Positions 42,031 through 51,469 of a stretch of DNA of 64,000 bases are shown piece by piece. Origin of the DNA: Candidatus Micrarchaeota archaeon (lineage in GTDB: Archaea > Micrarchaeota > Micrarchaeia > Anstonellales > Bilamarchaeaceae); NCBI GenBank assembly GCA_040754495.1, contig JBFMCO010000028.1, forward strand, positions 13,878 to 77,877, in the 5' to 3' direction. Position 1 is the first letter of the stretch. Every line of letters starts with the position of its first letter. The notes under the pieces were generated by a model, which had not been told where the DNA came from, did no database searches, and saw only the letters and a list, made by a program, of their open reading frames with translations. A program made the position numbers and the translations under genes.

Positions 42031-43889
42031 CAGGACACCTCGCGGATTTTCCCGCTCTTGGCCCAGAATTCCTCCACCGCGGCTTCGGGCGCTCCTGTCA
42101 CTATCGTCCTCTCGTCCCTGCTGAGTATCCAGCTGTACTTGCTCCACTTGAACCGCTCATCCATATAAACTATGGCCACCCGGTCGCTCTCCTTCCTCCG
42201 CGCGCGCCCAGCGGCCTGGAGCGCCTTTATTGTCCCGGGATAGAGATAGCCGTAGTCCCACCCCCGGCCGAACCTCTCGTCGTAGTAGTCTATCAGCGCC
42301 CTTGACTCGAGACCCATCTCGTCGAGGGCCACCCCGACTATGACGACGCTCTTTATCTGCCCGTCCGCATAATCCACGCCCTCGGAGAGGGATCCGCCCT
42401 GCACCCCGCACAGGACGCCGCCCGAGTCGAAGTCCCTCAGCATCTGCCGGATTTCGTGCGGCCTCATCTGCGGCCTCTGGACATGCAGGTTCCGGGAGAG
42501 CATGAGGGGCAGGACGTGGTTCTGGACCTCGTAGGACGGGAAGAACACCGCGGTGCCGCCCGGAGTCTTCGATACTATGGCGTCAAGCTTGCCGGCTATG
42601 GCCGCGTAGCCCTCTGCGTCGCGTTTTGAGTACCGGGTTGTGAGGTTTTCGGTTATGACATTCACCACGCTCGACGGGTCGAAAGGCGAGGGGTAGCTGC
42701 GCATGACGGTCCGCTCCCTGTCCAGGCCGAGGACGTCGCGGTGCATCTCCATGGGCAGCAGCGAGCCGCTCATGAGAACGGCTGACGCGCACTGGTTGAG
42801 GATGGCCGTCCCTACGCTCGGGTCAAGGACCTTCCGGGACAGGAAGAAGTTCACCCCGCGCCTGCTGAGTATGCGGACGCACGAGCGGTCGGCCCCGTCA
42901 TTCCACTCTGCAAGGAACCTGGCGAGCCGGAGGCATGCGCTCTTGCGGCCGGTCTTCTCCACGAATGCCTCGCCGGACTGCTCGAGGCGGGCGACCGCCT
43001 CCTCCATGCCGAGGCCGAAGCGCCCGATGAACTCCTCGAAATCAACTGCCGAGACTACGCGCTCCCTGGACTTGCCGAGGAGCCCCTCGCTCCATGAGGC
43101 GAACTCCTCCTCCACCGGCCCTGCGTCCAGGCCGAGGAACCGCATCTCCTTTGCCATCCTGGCGAATATGAACGAGCTGACCGTCCTGGAGAGGCTGCTG
43201 CGCACGCGCGGGGCGAGGTTGTGCGCCTCGTCCACGATTATTATGGAGTCCTCTACCCTCTTCTTGATTTTCATGAGGAAGATGTCCCTTATGTGCGGGG
43301 ACATTATGTGGTGGTAGTCCGCGATGATGACGTTCGAGGCCGAGGCGAGCTTGAGCAGCCATTCGTACGGGCAGGAGAGCTGCTCCCTGCCCATGCGTAT
43401 CAGCTCGTGGTGCGAGCGGCCTGTGCCGTAGCCTTCCAGGACGACCTTGAACTTCGCTTCCGCCTTGGCTTCCTGCGCCCGCCCGTACCCTTTCGCGTTG
43501 CCGAAGAACTGGCACTCGGCTTTCTGCCTCTTCCTCTGGCAGGCGGCCTGGAAGCTCTCGTTGTCCAGGCCGGCTAGCGTTTCGTCGATGCAACAGTGCG
43601 AGCGGCCGACCATGTCCACTGCGCGGATTGGAAGCGAATATTTCCCCGCTATGCCGCGGACGACGTCCATCGCGATTTTATGCTGGGAGATTTTCGGCGT
43701 TAGGAAGAATACTGTGCGGCTCTCCTCCAGCGCGTTCGATATCGCGGCGGCGAGCGAGGCGTCGGTCTTTCCGAGGCCCGTTGGGGCGTGCGCCATGAAC
43801 GTGCAGCCGAAGGATATGGCGCGGTGCATGTCCTCCATCAGCTCCTTCTGGTGCGGGCGGACCGAGGGGTGCCTGAAATAGAGCGCCAT
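42030..43889 (-). CDS. xpd: XPD/Rad3-like Fe-S DNA helicase
   Basis: APTGLGKT, Fe-S cysteines (GRSHC, AC..C, CPYE), DEAHN, MSGSL, FFPSY, SEGVDY, QAAGR. Confidence 0.9.
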   Translation of the reverse strand: MALYFRHPSVRPHQKELMEDMHRAISFGCTFMAHAPTGLGKTDASLAAAISNALEESRTVFFLTPKISQHKIAMDVVRGIAGKYSLPIRAVDMVGRSHCCIDETLAGLDNESFQAACQRKRQKAECQFFGNAKGYGRAQEAKAEAKFKVVLEGYGTGRSHHELIRMGREQLSCPYEWLLKLASASNVIIADYHHIMSPHIRDIFLMKIKKRVEDSIIIVDEAHNLAPRVRSSLSRTVSSFIFARMAKEMRFLGLDAGPVEEEFASWSEGLLGKSRERVVSAVDFEEFIGRFGLGMEEAVARLEQSGEAFVEKTGRKSACLRLARFLAEWNDGADRSCVRILSRRGVNFFLSRKVLDPSVGTAILNQCASAVLMSGSLLPMEMHRDVLGLDRERTVMRSYPSPFDPSSVVNVITENLTTRYSKRDAEGYAAIAGKLDAIVSKTPGGTAVFFPSYEVQNHVLPLMLSRNLHVQRPQMRPHEIRQMLRDFDSGGVLCGVQGGSLSEGVDYADGQIKSVVIVGVALDEMGLESRALIDYYDERFGRGWDYGYLYPGTIKALQAAGRARRKESDRVAIVYMDERFKWSKYSWILSRDERTIVTGAPEAAVEEFWAKSGKIREVS

Positions 43890-44006
43890 GTAAGGAATTT
43901 CTGCGGGAGCGTATTTAAGCCGTTTCCGGGGCGGTTTCCCGGACCGGAGAGAACTATTAAGAACTTCATAGGAATACCTAAGAGCAGACACCCGGAGGCG
44001 TATCTT

Positions 44007-45299
44007 ATGAAAGTGCTGCTGGTCGGAGACCGGGCGCGCGAGAACGTGCTTGCTGAGCAGCTTGCGCGGAGCTCGGAGCTGTATGTCGCCATGCAGCATC
44101 CCAACCCGGGGATAATGAAGGCCTCGCAGAAGGTATTTGTCTGCGACTTCTCGAACATCGAGGCAATCGGGGGATGGGCGGTCAGGGAAGGGATAGATTT
44201 CGCGCTCGTCACGTCCGAAACCGCGCTGGCAAAGGGCCTCACGGACGCGCTCGAGGAGGTCGGAATCCGCATGGCTTCGCCGCCTAGCGCCGGAACGGTG
44301 ATAGGGGAGAGCGCGGTTTATGCGATGAACATGATGAGGGCCGCAGGCATAGCCACGCCGCGCTTTGCGGTCTGCAAGGACGAGGCGGAAATGATTAAGG
44401 CGATGAAGGAGATTCCCAGGATGGTCGTGAAGCCTTCGGTCAAGGTCGAATGGAAAGGCACGCGGTTCGGGGAGACTGATTTCAAAAAGCCGGCGGAGGC
44501 CCTCAGCCACGGGAAGAAGATGATAAGAAGGCACGGCTCGGTCGTCATCGAGGAGCTCGTGGACGGGGAGACGTTCTCCATGCAGGGCCTGACGGACGGG
44601 AAGTCGCTGTCGGTGATGCCGCCGGTGCATATAGTGAAGAGGGCGCAGGAGGGCAACAAAGGAGAGCTGACCGAGGGAATGGGCGGCTTCTCCGCAGGGA
44701 AGCTGCTGCCCTTCCTGAGGCAGGCAGACCTGGACTACGCCCGGGACAGCCTCTGGAAGCTCGTCGCCGCGCTCAAGTCCAAAGGCGTCGAGTACCGCGG
44801 CCCCATCCGGGGCGAGTTCATGGCCACCGGAAGCGGCACCATCATGCTTGACGCGTACGCGACGCTCGGCGACATAGACGCGCTGAATAATTTCCTGCTC
44901 CTGCGCACGCAGCTCGGTGAGGTGCTCACATCCGTCGTGGAAGGCTCGCTGAAGCCGTTCTCGTTCATGGAGAGGGCGACAGTGGTGAAATACCTCGTGC
45001 CAGAGGGGTACCCCGGGAAGGCGAAGAAGACCGGGGTCGAAATAGACGAGAGGGCGCTGTGGAACAACGGGGCGAAGGCGTATTTCGAGAAGGTCGAAAG
45101 CCGGGACGGGTCCCTGGAAACGACCGACCAGAGGGCGCTCGCAATCTGCGCCGGCGGCCAGACGCTGGACGAGGCGCAGGCGAAATGCGAGGACGCGGCC
45201 TGCTCGGTGCGCGGCGCGCTATCGCACAGGAGGGATATCGCTTCACCCGAGTACATCAGCCGCACCATAAAGCACATGGCCCTCCTGCGCAGCCGGTAG
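44007..45299 (+). CDS. purD: Phosphoribosylamine-glycine ligase (PurD) family protein with degenerate active-site motifs
   Basis: Overall PurD layout (VIEELVDGE, KR..GNKG..TEGMG), but EFNxRFGDPE reads DAYATLGDID. Confidence 0.8.
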   Translation: MKVLLVGDRARENVLAEQLARSSELYVAMQHPNPGIMKASQKVFVCDFSNIEAIGGWAVREGIDFALVTSETALAKGLTDALEEVGIRMASPPSAGTVIGESAVYAMNMMRAAGIATPRFAVCKDEAEMIKAMKEIPRMVVKPSVKVEWKGTRFGETDFKKPAEALSHGKKMIRRHGSVVIEELVDGETFSMQGLTDGKSLSVMPPVHIVKRAQEGNKGELTEGMGGFSAGKLLPFLRQADLDYARDSLWKLVAALKSKGVEYRGPIRGEFMATGSGTIMLDAYATLGDIDALNNFLLLRTQLGEVLTSVVEGSLKPFSFMERATVVKYLVPEGYPGKAKKTGVEIDERALWNNGAKAYFEKVESRDGSLETTDQRALAICAGGQTLDEAQAKCEDAACSVRGALSHRRDIASPEYISRTIKHMALLRSR

Positions 45300-45301
45300 C
45301 A

Positions 45302-45410
45302 GGAACTGGTTTCCGGCATCCGGTTGCCGGCAGCCGGTTTCGGGTTGTGGGTTTTGGGTTTTGGCGGAACGAAAGGCCGGGAACCGGAAACCCGGAACTG
45401 GAAACCCTGA
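45302..45410. repeat. Heptamer-unit palindromic repeat, intergenic copy
   Basis: ggtttcc ggcatcc ggttgcc ggcagcc ggtttcg ggttgtg ggttttg ggttttg ... ggaaacc cggaact ggaaacc. Confidence 0.8.
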
Positions 45411-45413
45411 AGA

Positions 45414-46145
45414 ATGGCCGTGATTCAGATGAAGTTCCTCTACAATGCCCCTGCGCTATTCCACAAAGGCGCGATAATTGTCGGCGACACGCATTTCGGC
45501 ATGGAGGAAAAGCTCCGCCGCAGGGGAATCTACGACGACCAGTTCAGCATGCGGCTTGCGGAGAAGCTGTTGGGGCTGGTCCATGAGCATCGGGCGAAGA
45601 AGCTGATATTCCTTGGAGACGTGAAGGAGGACATCACCATGCTCGACCGCAGGTGCGACGAGGCGCTCTCAAGATTGTCAATGGCCTGCCAGCTCACCAT
45701 TGTCAGGGGCAACCATGACGGGGGCATCGAGCAGTTCGGGCGCGCCCGCGTGGAGCCGGCAGGGGGCATGGTGTACGAGGGCCTCGGCCTGATGCACGGG
45801 CACTCGTGGCCCTCGCCGGAACTCATGATGTGCGACTATCTCGTGATGGGCCACCAGCACCCGATGGTCTCGATTACGGACGCGTTCGGGAAACGGCACA
45901 GCGAGCCGGTGTGGCTTGTCGCGGAATGCTCCGCGGAAACGCTCGCGAAACGCTATCCGGAGTCCAACAGGAAAATAAAACTCGTCCTCATGCCCGCATT
46001 CAACCCGCTGGTCGGTTCATCCATAAATGCCGACGATAAAGAGCGCCTCGGGCCGATTCTTAACAACAAACTATTTAAACTCGACGATGCATTAGTATTC
46101 CGTCTGGACGGCACACGTCTTGGTAAGCTCGAAAACATTGTTTGA
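45414..46145 (+). CDS. Metallophosphoesterase (calcineurin-like, archaeal ICC-like family)
   Basis: GDTHFG, LGDVKE, RGNHD, HGH, GHQHP, MPAFNPL. Confidence 0.88.
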   Translation: MAVIQMKFLYNAPALFHKGAIIVGDTHFGMEEKLRRRGIYDDQFSMRLAEKLLGLVHEHRAKKLIFLGDVKEDITMLDRRCDEALSRLSMACQLTIVRGNHDGGIEQFGRARVEPAGGMVYEGLGLMHGHSWPSPELMMCDYLVMGHQHPMVSITDAFGKRHSEPVWLVAECSAETLAKRYPESNRKIKLVLMPAFNPLVGSSINADDKERLGPILNNKLFKLDDALVFRLDGTRLGKLENIV

Positions 46146-46156
46146 GGCGGCCATAT

Positions 46157-46408
46157 ATGGGAAGAAGGAGACGCGGACGCGAAAGGCTCGAAACTTGCGT
46201 ATCATGCGGCCGGGCGGTGCCGCGCGACAAGGCTGTTGAGTACACAAGAAGGACTCACTTCACGACCGACTTGAAAGAGGATAATGTTACGTACACGGGT
46301 TTCAGCGATTCCTATTATTGCATCAGCTGCGCCAAGCACAGGAGGATATTCGAGATGAAGAAACAGCAGGCGCAGAGGCAGAGGGAAAAGAGGGAACTCT
46401 ATGGATGA
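46157..46408 (+). CDS. rps26e: 30S ribosomal protein S26e
   Basis: CVSCGRAVPRDKAV and YCISCAKHRRI. Confidence 0.9.
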   Translation: MGRRRRGRERLETCVSCGRAVPRDKAVEYTRRTHFTTDLKEDNVTYTGFSDSYYCISCAKHRRIFEMKKQQAQRQREKRELYG

Positions 46409-46694
46409 GATATCCTTCGATGGCAAGAAGTACGTAGCTCTGAAACAGGATATCGGAAATCTCCCGCTGATTGTTGTCAAGGCAAAGAAAGGGTACATAG
46501 CCTGCAGCTACATAGACAAGGACACCGCGGAGAAGGTCGGCGACATAGCCGCCTTCGTGTCCGGCGTCAAGTGCCTGGACGACCTCAAGAAAGCGAAAAT
46601 CAGGCAGGCGACCACCTGGGCCGAGGACCTCGGCATCCGTGAGGGCATGAGCGTGAAGAAGGCGCTCGAGCTCATGGACGTAGTGACCGAGTAA
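46401..46694 (+). CDS. YunC/DUF1805 family protein
   Basis: KGYIACSYID..AAFVSGVK..AEDLGIREGM. Confidence 0.8.
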   Translation: MDEISFDGKKYVALKQDIGNLPLIVVKAKKGYIACSYIDKDTAEKVGDIAAFVSGVKCLDDLKKAKIRQATTWAEDLGIREGMSVKKALELMDVVTE

Positions 46695-46724
46695 TCCGGC
46701 ATCCTGAGCCGGTTAGGAGAAGCT

Positions 46725-47276
46725 TCAGCGTTTGCCGCGTATGACCCCTATCACGAATAGCGGCAGTATGTAGACGAGCGCGCAGATGTTGTTCGGGTTA
46801 AGCGTGTAGTAGTTCTCAGGGGCAATCTTCGCGAGGTTCTCGGTCTCGTCATAGCACATGTCCCGCGTCACTTCGTCCCCCAGAAGCGCGGTCCCGAAGT
46901 CGTCCCTGCGGGTTATGAAGCCGCACGTGTCCGAGTTCCTCGTTATCTTTGCGACCTCGAAGTAGCAGTTGTTGGAGACGAGCTCGGCCTTCCTCCGGAT
47001 GTCCTTCTGCTGGCCGTTCGGGTCGTATGGCGAGCCGTACGTGTTCCAGATGGCGTCGCAGATGTTGACCGCCTCGCTGCAGGGGCCGAAGGAGCCGGAT
47101 GGGCGGGAGCCGCACAGGTATGCCATCGTGATGGCCGCCTCGCTGTAGCACCTCATCTTCTCCGCGTCCCTTGTCAGGGACGGGTCGCTGTTGCACTCCG
47201 GCACGGTGCGCAGGCCGAGGGCTCCCGAGAGGAGCAGGAACGATGAGAACAGCATGAGGACAAGGACTGGTCTCAC
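46725..47276 (-). CDS. Cys-rich surface protein with signal peptide and C-terminal TM anchor
   Basis: Hydrophobic N- and C-termini; repeated CY.E(A/V)A motifs; start approximate. Confidence 0.7.
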   Translation of the reverse strand: MRPVLVLMLFSSFLLLSGALGLRTVPECNSDPSLTRDAEKMRCYSEAAITMAYLCGSRPSGSFGPCSEAVNICDAIWNTYGSPYDPNGQQKDIRRKAELVSNNCYFEVAKITRNSDTCGFITRRDDFGTALLGDEVTRDMCYDETENLAKIAPENYYTLNPNNICALVYILPLFVIGVIRGKR

Positions 47277-47842
47277 ACCGACCCCTTCTCTGCGTAAGGC
47301 TTGAGAAGCGTCTTGGCCTTCGCGAGCACGATGCGTATCTCCTTCTCGTTCTTGGCCCCGGCGCATATGACCTTGCCGTTCTTGAAGAGCAGGAGCGATG
47401 CCTTCGGGTCCTTGAACTTCAGGATGGCACCCGGGAACTGCTCGGGCTCGTACTCCACGTCCTTTATCTTGTAGGCGATTTTGTACAGGTCGAGCTCAAG
47501 GCCCAGGTTGGCCGAGGCGACGATGTTCGTTATCTCTATTTTCGGCTTCTTGGTCTTCGTGATTTTCTTCGCATAAGGCGTGAGCATCTTTATGGTCTTC
47601 TGTATCGTCTTCTCTATGAGCTCCCTCTTCTTGCAGCCCACGCACACGACCTTGCCGTTCTTGAAGAGCAGGAGCGATGCCTTCGGGTCCTTGAACTTCA
47701 GGATGGCACCCGGGAACTGCTCGGGCTCGTACTCTATCTCCGGAATCTTGTTGGCCAGGGCGTAAAGGTCCAGCTCAAGGCCCAGAGAAGCAGAGGCTAC
47801 CATGTTCGTTATGACGAAATCGGGTTGTTTAGATTTAGACAA
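47273..47842 (-). CDS. tbp: TATA-box binding protein
   Basis: Two repeats of ITN.VASA.LGLELDL...EYEPEQFPG...LFKNGKV; TTG start. Confidence 0.95.
   Translation of the reverse strand: MSKSKQPDFVITNMVASASLGLELDLYALANKIPEIEYEPEQFPGAILKFKDPKASLLLFKNGKVVCVGCKKRELIEKTIQKTIKMLTPYAKKITKTKKPKIEITNIVASANLGLELDLYKIAYKIKDVEYEPEQFPGAILKFKDPKASLLLFKNGKVICAGAKNEKEIRIVLAKAKTLLKPYAEKGSV
47369..47734. repeat. 87-bp perfect direct repeat inside tbp (47369..47455 = 47648..47734)
   Basis: Base-by-base identity; offset 279 nt = 93 codons. Confidence 0.92.
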
Positions 47843-47950
47843 GGAACCACCTGTTAGGCTAGCCTAACATAGATGACCTTTATAAATGAAGCAATTGTTT
47901 AAAAACACTTTCCATTATCAATCCCGTAAAACTAATTACCAGTGATTCAC

Positions 47951-48229
47951 ATGGTCAAGGCTTCGAGAGGCTCATTCAGCAGACGGACGAGGAAGCTCAA
48001 GGGCAAGAGCGTAACCAGCGTAGCCACGCTGGTCCGGACTTTCAACGTCGGAGACAAGGTCATAATAGCACCGAGGGCGAGATTCGAGGCCCTGCCGCAC
48101 CTGCGCTATTCGAGCAGGCACGGCGTTATAAAGGAGAAGCGCGGCAAGAGCTACGTAGTGGAAGTGGGCGACTTTAACACGAAAAAAAGCGTGATAGTCG
48201 GCCCGGTCCACCTGAAACTGGCATCCTGA
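47951..48229 (+). CDS. rpl21e: 50S ribosomal protein L21e
   Basis: TRKLK, F.VGDKV, PHLRYSSRHGV, PVHLK. Confidence 0.9.
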   Translation: MVKASRGSFSRRTRKLKGKSVTSVATLVRTFNVGDKVIIAPRARFEALPHLRYSSRHGVIKEKRGKSYVVEVGDFNTKKSVIVGPVHLKLAS

Positions 48230-48238
48230 GGTGTTAAT

Positions 48239-48556
48239 ATGAACATCAAATCTTCAAAGCCTGTTCCAGTCAGCCTTTCCAAGGAGATAATGGCAAAGAG
48301 GAGCGAGGAGGGCGAGCTGGGCTATGAGCAGTCGCAGACGCTCGACAACACTGCGCGCTTCGCCGTTTTCGACAGCAAGAAGGCCCAGAAACTAATCGAG
48401 GCGCTCGCCGGAAGCGGCAAGATCAGCGAGGAGCTGGCGGTCAAGATAGTGGATGTGCACCCGGACAACGCGGCTACCCTGAAGGCCATCCTAGTCAAGG
48501 ACAGAGTCGAACTCTCAGAAGAAGAGCTTAACAATATCCTCAAGGAGCTCGCTTGA
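48239..48556 (+). CDS. rpoF: RNA polymerase subunit Rpo4/RpoF
   Basis: ELGYEQ..TL, KIVDVHP, LSEEELNNIL; conserved rpl21e-rpoF-DUF655 order. Confidence 0.88.
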   Translation: MNIKSSKPVPVSLSKEIMAKRSEEGELGYEQSQTLDNTARFAVFDSKKAQKLIEALAGSGKISEELAVKIVDVHPDNAATLKAILVKDRVELSEEELNNILKELA

Positions 48557-48569
48557 GGGAGGGGATGGG

Positions 48570-49130
48570 ATGGAAGACTATGCATGGGTCATCGAGTATT
48601 TGCCATCAGGCCGCGCCGACGCCATAAAGAAGGAGGCGGCAGTGCAGCTTCTCGGGACCAGGTTCTTCACGCTGCTCGAGGCTACGGTCAACCCTAACGC
48701 CACGATAGTGATGGGCCAGAAGGTCTATGTGGGGAAAGAGGGGCGGGAAGAGGTAGCCCACATCAAGGGCAGGATAAAGTACGACGACCTCACAGGAGGC
48801 GCAAGGGACTTCCTGCCGACCATGCTCAAGAAGGCCGTCCAGGAAAGGGAAGCGGATTTCGTCGCATTCATCAACACTGCAAAGCCCATCTCCATCCGGG
48901 TCCATACGCTCGACCTCCTCCCGGGCATAGGGAAGAAGAACATGGAGGCGCTCCTGCGGGAGAGGGAAGTCAAGCCTTTCGAGTCTTTCGCAGACATACA
49001 CGCGAGGGTTCCCAGCCTGGCAGACCCCATGGGGGTGTTCATACACCGCATCCTCAGCGAGCTGGAGGGGAAGGAGAAGTACTACCTTTTCACGAAGCCG
49101 CCGTTCCAGCCCAGGTTCCCCGGAAGATGA
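48570..49130 (+). CDS. DUF655 family (HhH, predicted RNA-binding) protein
   Basis: EDYAWVIEYLP, FFTLLEA, HTLDLLPGIGKK. Confidence 0.88.
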   Translation: MEDYAWVIEYLPSGRADAIKKEAAVQLLGTRFFTLLEATVNPNATIVMGQKVYVGKEGREEVAHIKGRIKYDDLTGGARDFLPTMLKKAVQEREADFVAFINTAKPISIRVHTLDLLPGIGKKNMEALLREREVKPFESFADIHARVPSLADPMGVFIHRILSELEGKEKYYLFTKPPFQPRFPGR

Positions 49131-49134
49131 GCTT

Positions 49135-50376
49135 GTGAGACACCTTCTGCTGCTGCTGTTCCTAGCCCCGCCGCTTTTGGCAGCCCCTTATGAGGTTGGG
49201 CACGACGACAACATGTCCGCGGTGATGCTCAGGATATACGCGGTGGTGGACACCAACGCGACTACGCAGGCGGAATACGAGGCGTTCCTCGGCGCCCGCA
49301 CGCTCATCGTCCCGGGGAGCGGCATAAACATAGGAGAGCGCTCGCTCCTGGAGATGTCAAAGGCAGAGAACACCTGGCTTGCCCGGGCGAAGGAAGGCAA
49401 CGACAGCAACGCGACATTCTCTTCGATTTCGGCAGGCAATTACCCGCTCGTGATACTTATAGGGGGGACCGAGCAGAATGAGATTACCCGGCAGGCCGTG
49501 GCCGCAGGCTGGTTCAACCAGACGGACACGGTCGAAGGCGGCTATGTAGTCAAGACCGGGAAGCTGCCTTCCGGGACGGTGGTTGTGGCGGTATCCGACA
49601 AGCTCGGGTTCAAGGAGGGCAATCCGCAGCGCGAGAGCGTCGCATATTCGCCGCTTGGCGCCATCATGCCGAAGGAATACGTCCCTGCGGCTGCCACCGG
49701 CATATCGCTCCTTCTCCTCGCGCTCATGAACCTGGGCAGGACCGTCTTCGAGTTCAAGGCACTCGACATCGGGAGGAAGGGGAAGAAGGTCGGGGAGGGC
49801 GCGGTGATGTACCGGGGCCTGAACATTACCGAGATGGCGGCCATCCTCGGGGCTTCGCTAATCCTCGGCATATCCATCAGCTGGCAGTATTTCGGCGCCA
49901 ATTTCCTCGGCTGGCTCGCAATCAACACGATTATCTGCCTCGTGGGAGCTGTAATCCACGAGGTCACGCACAGGATTTTCGCGCACCACTTCAAAATCAG
50001 GATGGAGTACCGCTTCTGGTCCGCGGGCTCGCTCCTCACGCTGGTCAGCTCGTACCTGGGCAACGCCTTCTCCATACAGGCGTTCATACTGGAGGAGGTG
50101 GAACCGGGGACGGCGAAGTGGAAGGTCGGCCTGATGAAGCTTTCGGCTCCGCTCGTCAGCACTTTCATAATGGTATTCTTCGCTTTCCTGCACTATTCCT
50201 CGCCCTCGCCCATCTACAAGATAATATACACGACGAGCGCGCTCTGGGCCATGGCAGAGATACTGCCCTTCGGCTCGCTTGACGGGAAGGACATAAGGGA
50301 CTGGAGCCACACGGTCTGGTTCCTGGCGTTCTCCCTCATCAGCATATGCTACATCGCGGTTACGTTCCTTATCTAG
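49135..50376 (+). CDS. M50/site-2-protease-like membrane metalloprotease with extracellular N-domain
   Basis: Signal peptide; IHEVTH in a TM helix; EILPFGSLDG. Confidence 0.75.
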   Translation: MRHLLLLLFLAPPLLAAPYEVGHDDNMSAVMLRIYAVVDTNATTQAEYEAFLGARTLIVPGSGINIGERSLLEMSKAENTWLARAKEGNDSNATFSSISAGNYPLVILIGGTEQNEITRQAVAAGWFNQTDTVEGGYVVKTGKLPSGTVVVAVSDKLGFKEGNPQRESVAYSPLGAIMPKEYVPAAATGISLLLLALMNLGRTVFEFKALDIGRKGKKVGEGAVMYRGLNITEMAAILGASLILGISISWQYFGANFLGWLAINTIICLVGAVIHEVTHRIFAHHFKIRMEYRFWSAGSLLTLVSSYLGNAFSIQAFILEEVEPGTAKWKVGLMKLSAPLVSTFIMVFFAFLHYSSPSPIYKIIYTTSALWAMAEILPFGSLDGKDIRDWSHTVWFLAFSLISICYIAVTFLI

Positions 50377-51275
50377 CAGCCGAGGCAGCCGGACAGCGCG
50401 TCCGCCATCTCTTCCGCGTCATGGAACCTTCTCATCGGGTCCTTCTCCAATGCGCGGGCGGCAACGAATGAGAGCCGCGGCGGTATCCACGGCGAGCGCT
50501 CGTGCATCATGGGCGCGTGCGCGCTCCGGTGAAGCGCCATCATCCCCTCTGCGCTGTCATCGGATATCAGGTAGGGGTAGTGGCCGCTCGCGAAAGAATA
50601 GAGCATTACGCCCACAGAGTATATGTCAGCCTTCCTGCCCAGTCTCGCGCTGCGGTAGGTCTGCTCCGGGGCCATGTACATGGGAGTGCCGACCGGGATA
50701 TCAGTGCCCTGGGCCATATCCGGCATGCCCGGGACGAGTGCGAGGCCGAAATCCAGTATCGAAACGGCATTCTGGTTCTCCCGGAGGACGAGGTTCGAGG
50801 GCTTCATGTCCCTGTGCACGATGCCAGCCTTATGCATGGCGGAAAGGGAATCGCACACGCTGATGAAAGACTCGATTAATGCCCTTTTCGGCCTTGCAAT
50901 GAAGCCGTTCAGGCTGAATGGGAGTCCTGCCGCGTATTCCTCGGCAAGATACGGCTCCGGACCTTCCAGCGATGCGGCAATCAGGGCAGGGATGCCCGGG
51001 TGGCTGATGTGCGCGAGGGCCGCCGCCTCGTTCGCGAGCGCGGCCAGAGGCCTCTCCCGCCCGAGCATTTCGTCTTTGAGCCTCTTGAGCGCGACATGGT
51101 TGCCTGTCTTCAGGTCGGATGCCAGCTGGACGTAGCAGACCGCCCCCTGGCCGATTTCGCATTCGGGCTTGAAGCGGCTGGCCACGACGGCGAACATGCG
51201 CCTGTCCGAGAGCGTTGCCCGGCTGGCGCTGGATTTGTGCATGCTTATATTGGGCTGCGTAGGCTTTAAATACAT
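50373..51275 (-). CDS. Hanks-type Ser/Thr protein kinase (PknB-like catalytic domain)
   Basis: IGQG, VALK, HRDMKPSN, DFG, GTPMYMAPEQ, ADIYSVG. Confidence 0.92.
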   Translation of the reverse strand: MYLKPTQPNISMHKSSASRATLSDRRMFAVVASRFKPECEIGQGAVCYVQLASDLKTGNHVALKRLKDEMLGRERPLAALANEAAALAHISHPGIPALIAASLEGPEPYLAEEYAAGLPFSLNGFIARPKRALIESFISVCDSLSAMHKAGIVHRDMKPSNLVLRENQNAVSILDFGLALVPGMPDMAQGTDIPVGTPMYMAPEQTYRSARLGRKADIYSVGVMLYSFASGHYPYLISDDSAEGMMALHRSAHAPMMHERSPWIPPRLSFVAARALEKDPMRRFHDAEEMADALSGCLGC

Positions 51276-51305
51276 ATATTACCACGAAAGACGACCGAAA
51301 TCCTA

Positions 51306-51326
51306 GACCGGAAACTGGAAACTCAA
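51306..51326. repeat. Short heptamer repeat copy just 3' of tRNA-Val
   Basis: gacc ggaaact ggaaact. Confidence 0.45.
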
Positions 51327-51334
51327 AAGGATAC

Positions 51335-51439
51335 TGGGCCCACCCAGGATCGAACTGGGGATCTTCGCTGTTTGCTCTCTGCATGCCATGATGTCATGCA
51401 AACGTAAGAGCGACGTCTTCACCACTCGACTATGGGCCC
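51335..51439 (-). tRNA. tRNA-Val(TAC) with 32-nt intron, best placed at 36/37 (51372..51403)
   Basis: GGGCCCA/TGGGCCC-A, TCGCT/AGCGA, CCCAG-TTCGATC-CTGGG; an 8-bp intron helix supports a cut after C36, giving loop CTTACAC. Confidence 0.85.
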
Positions 51440-51469
51440 TGCGTAGAAATGGCTCAGGACTCTTTAAAA

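Noticed and set aside
43890-44630. N-terminal 247 aa of track ORF 42030..44630 and first 73 aa of 43788..45299
   Set aside because: Mutual antisense extensions across the divergent xpd/purD promoter region
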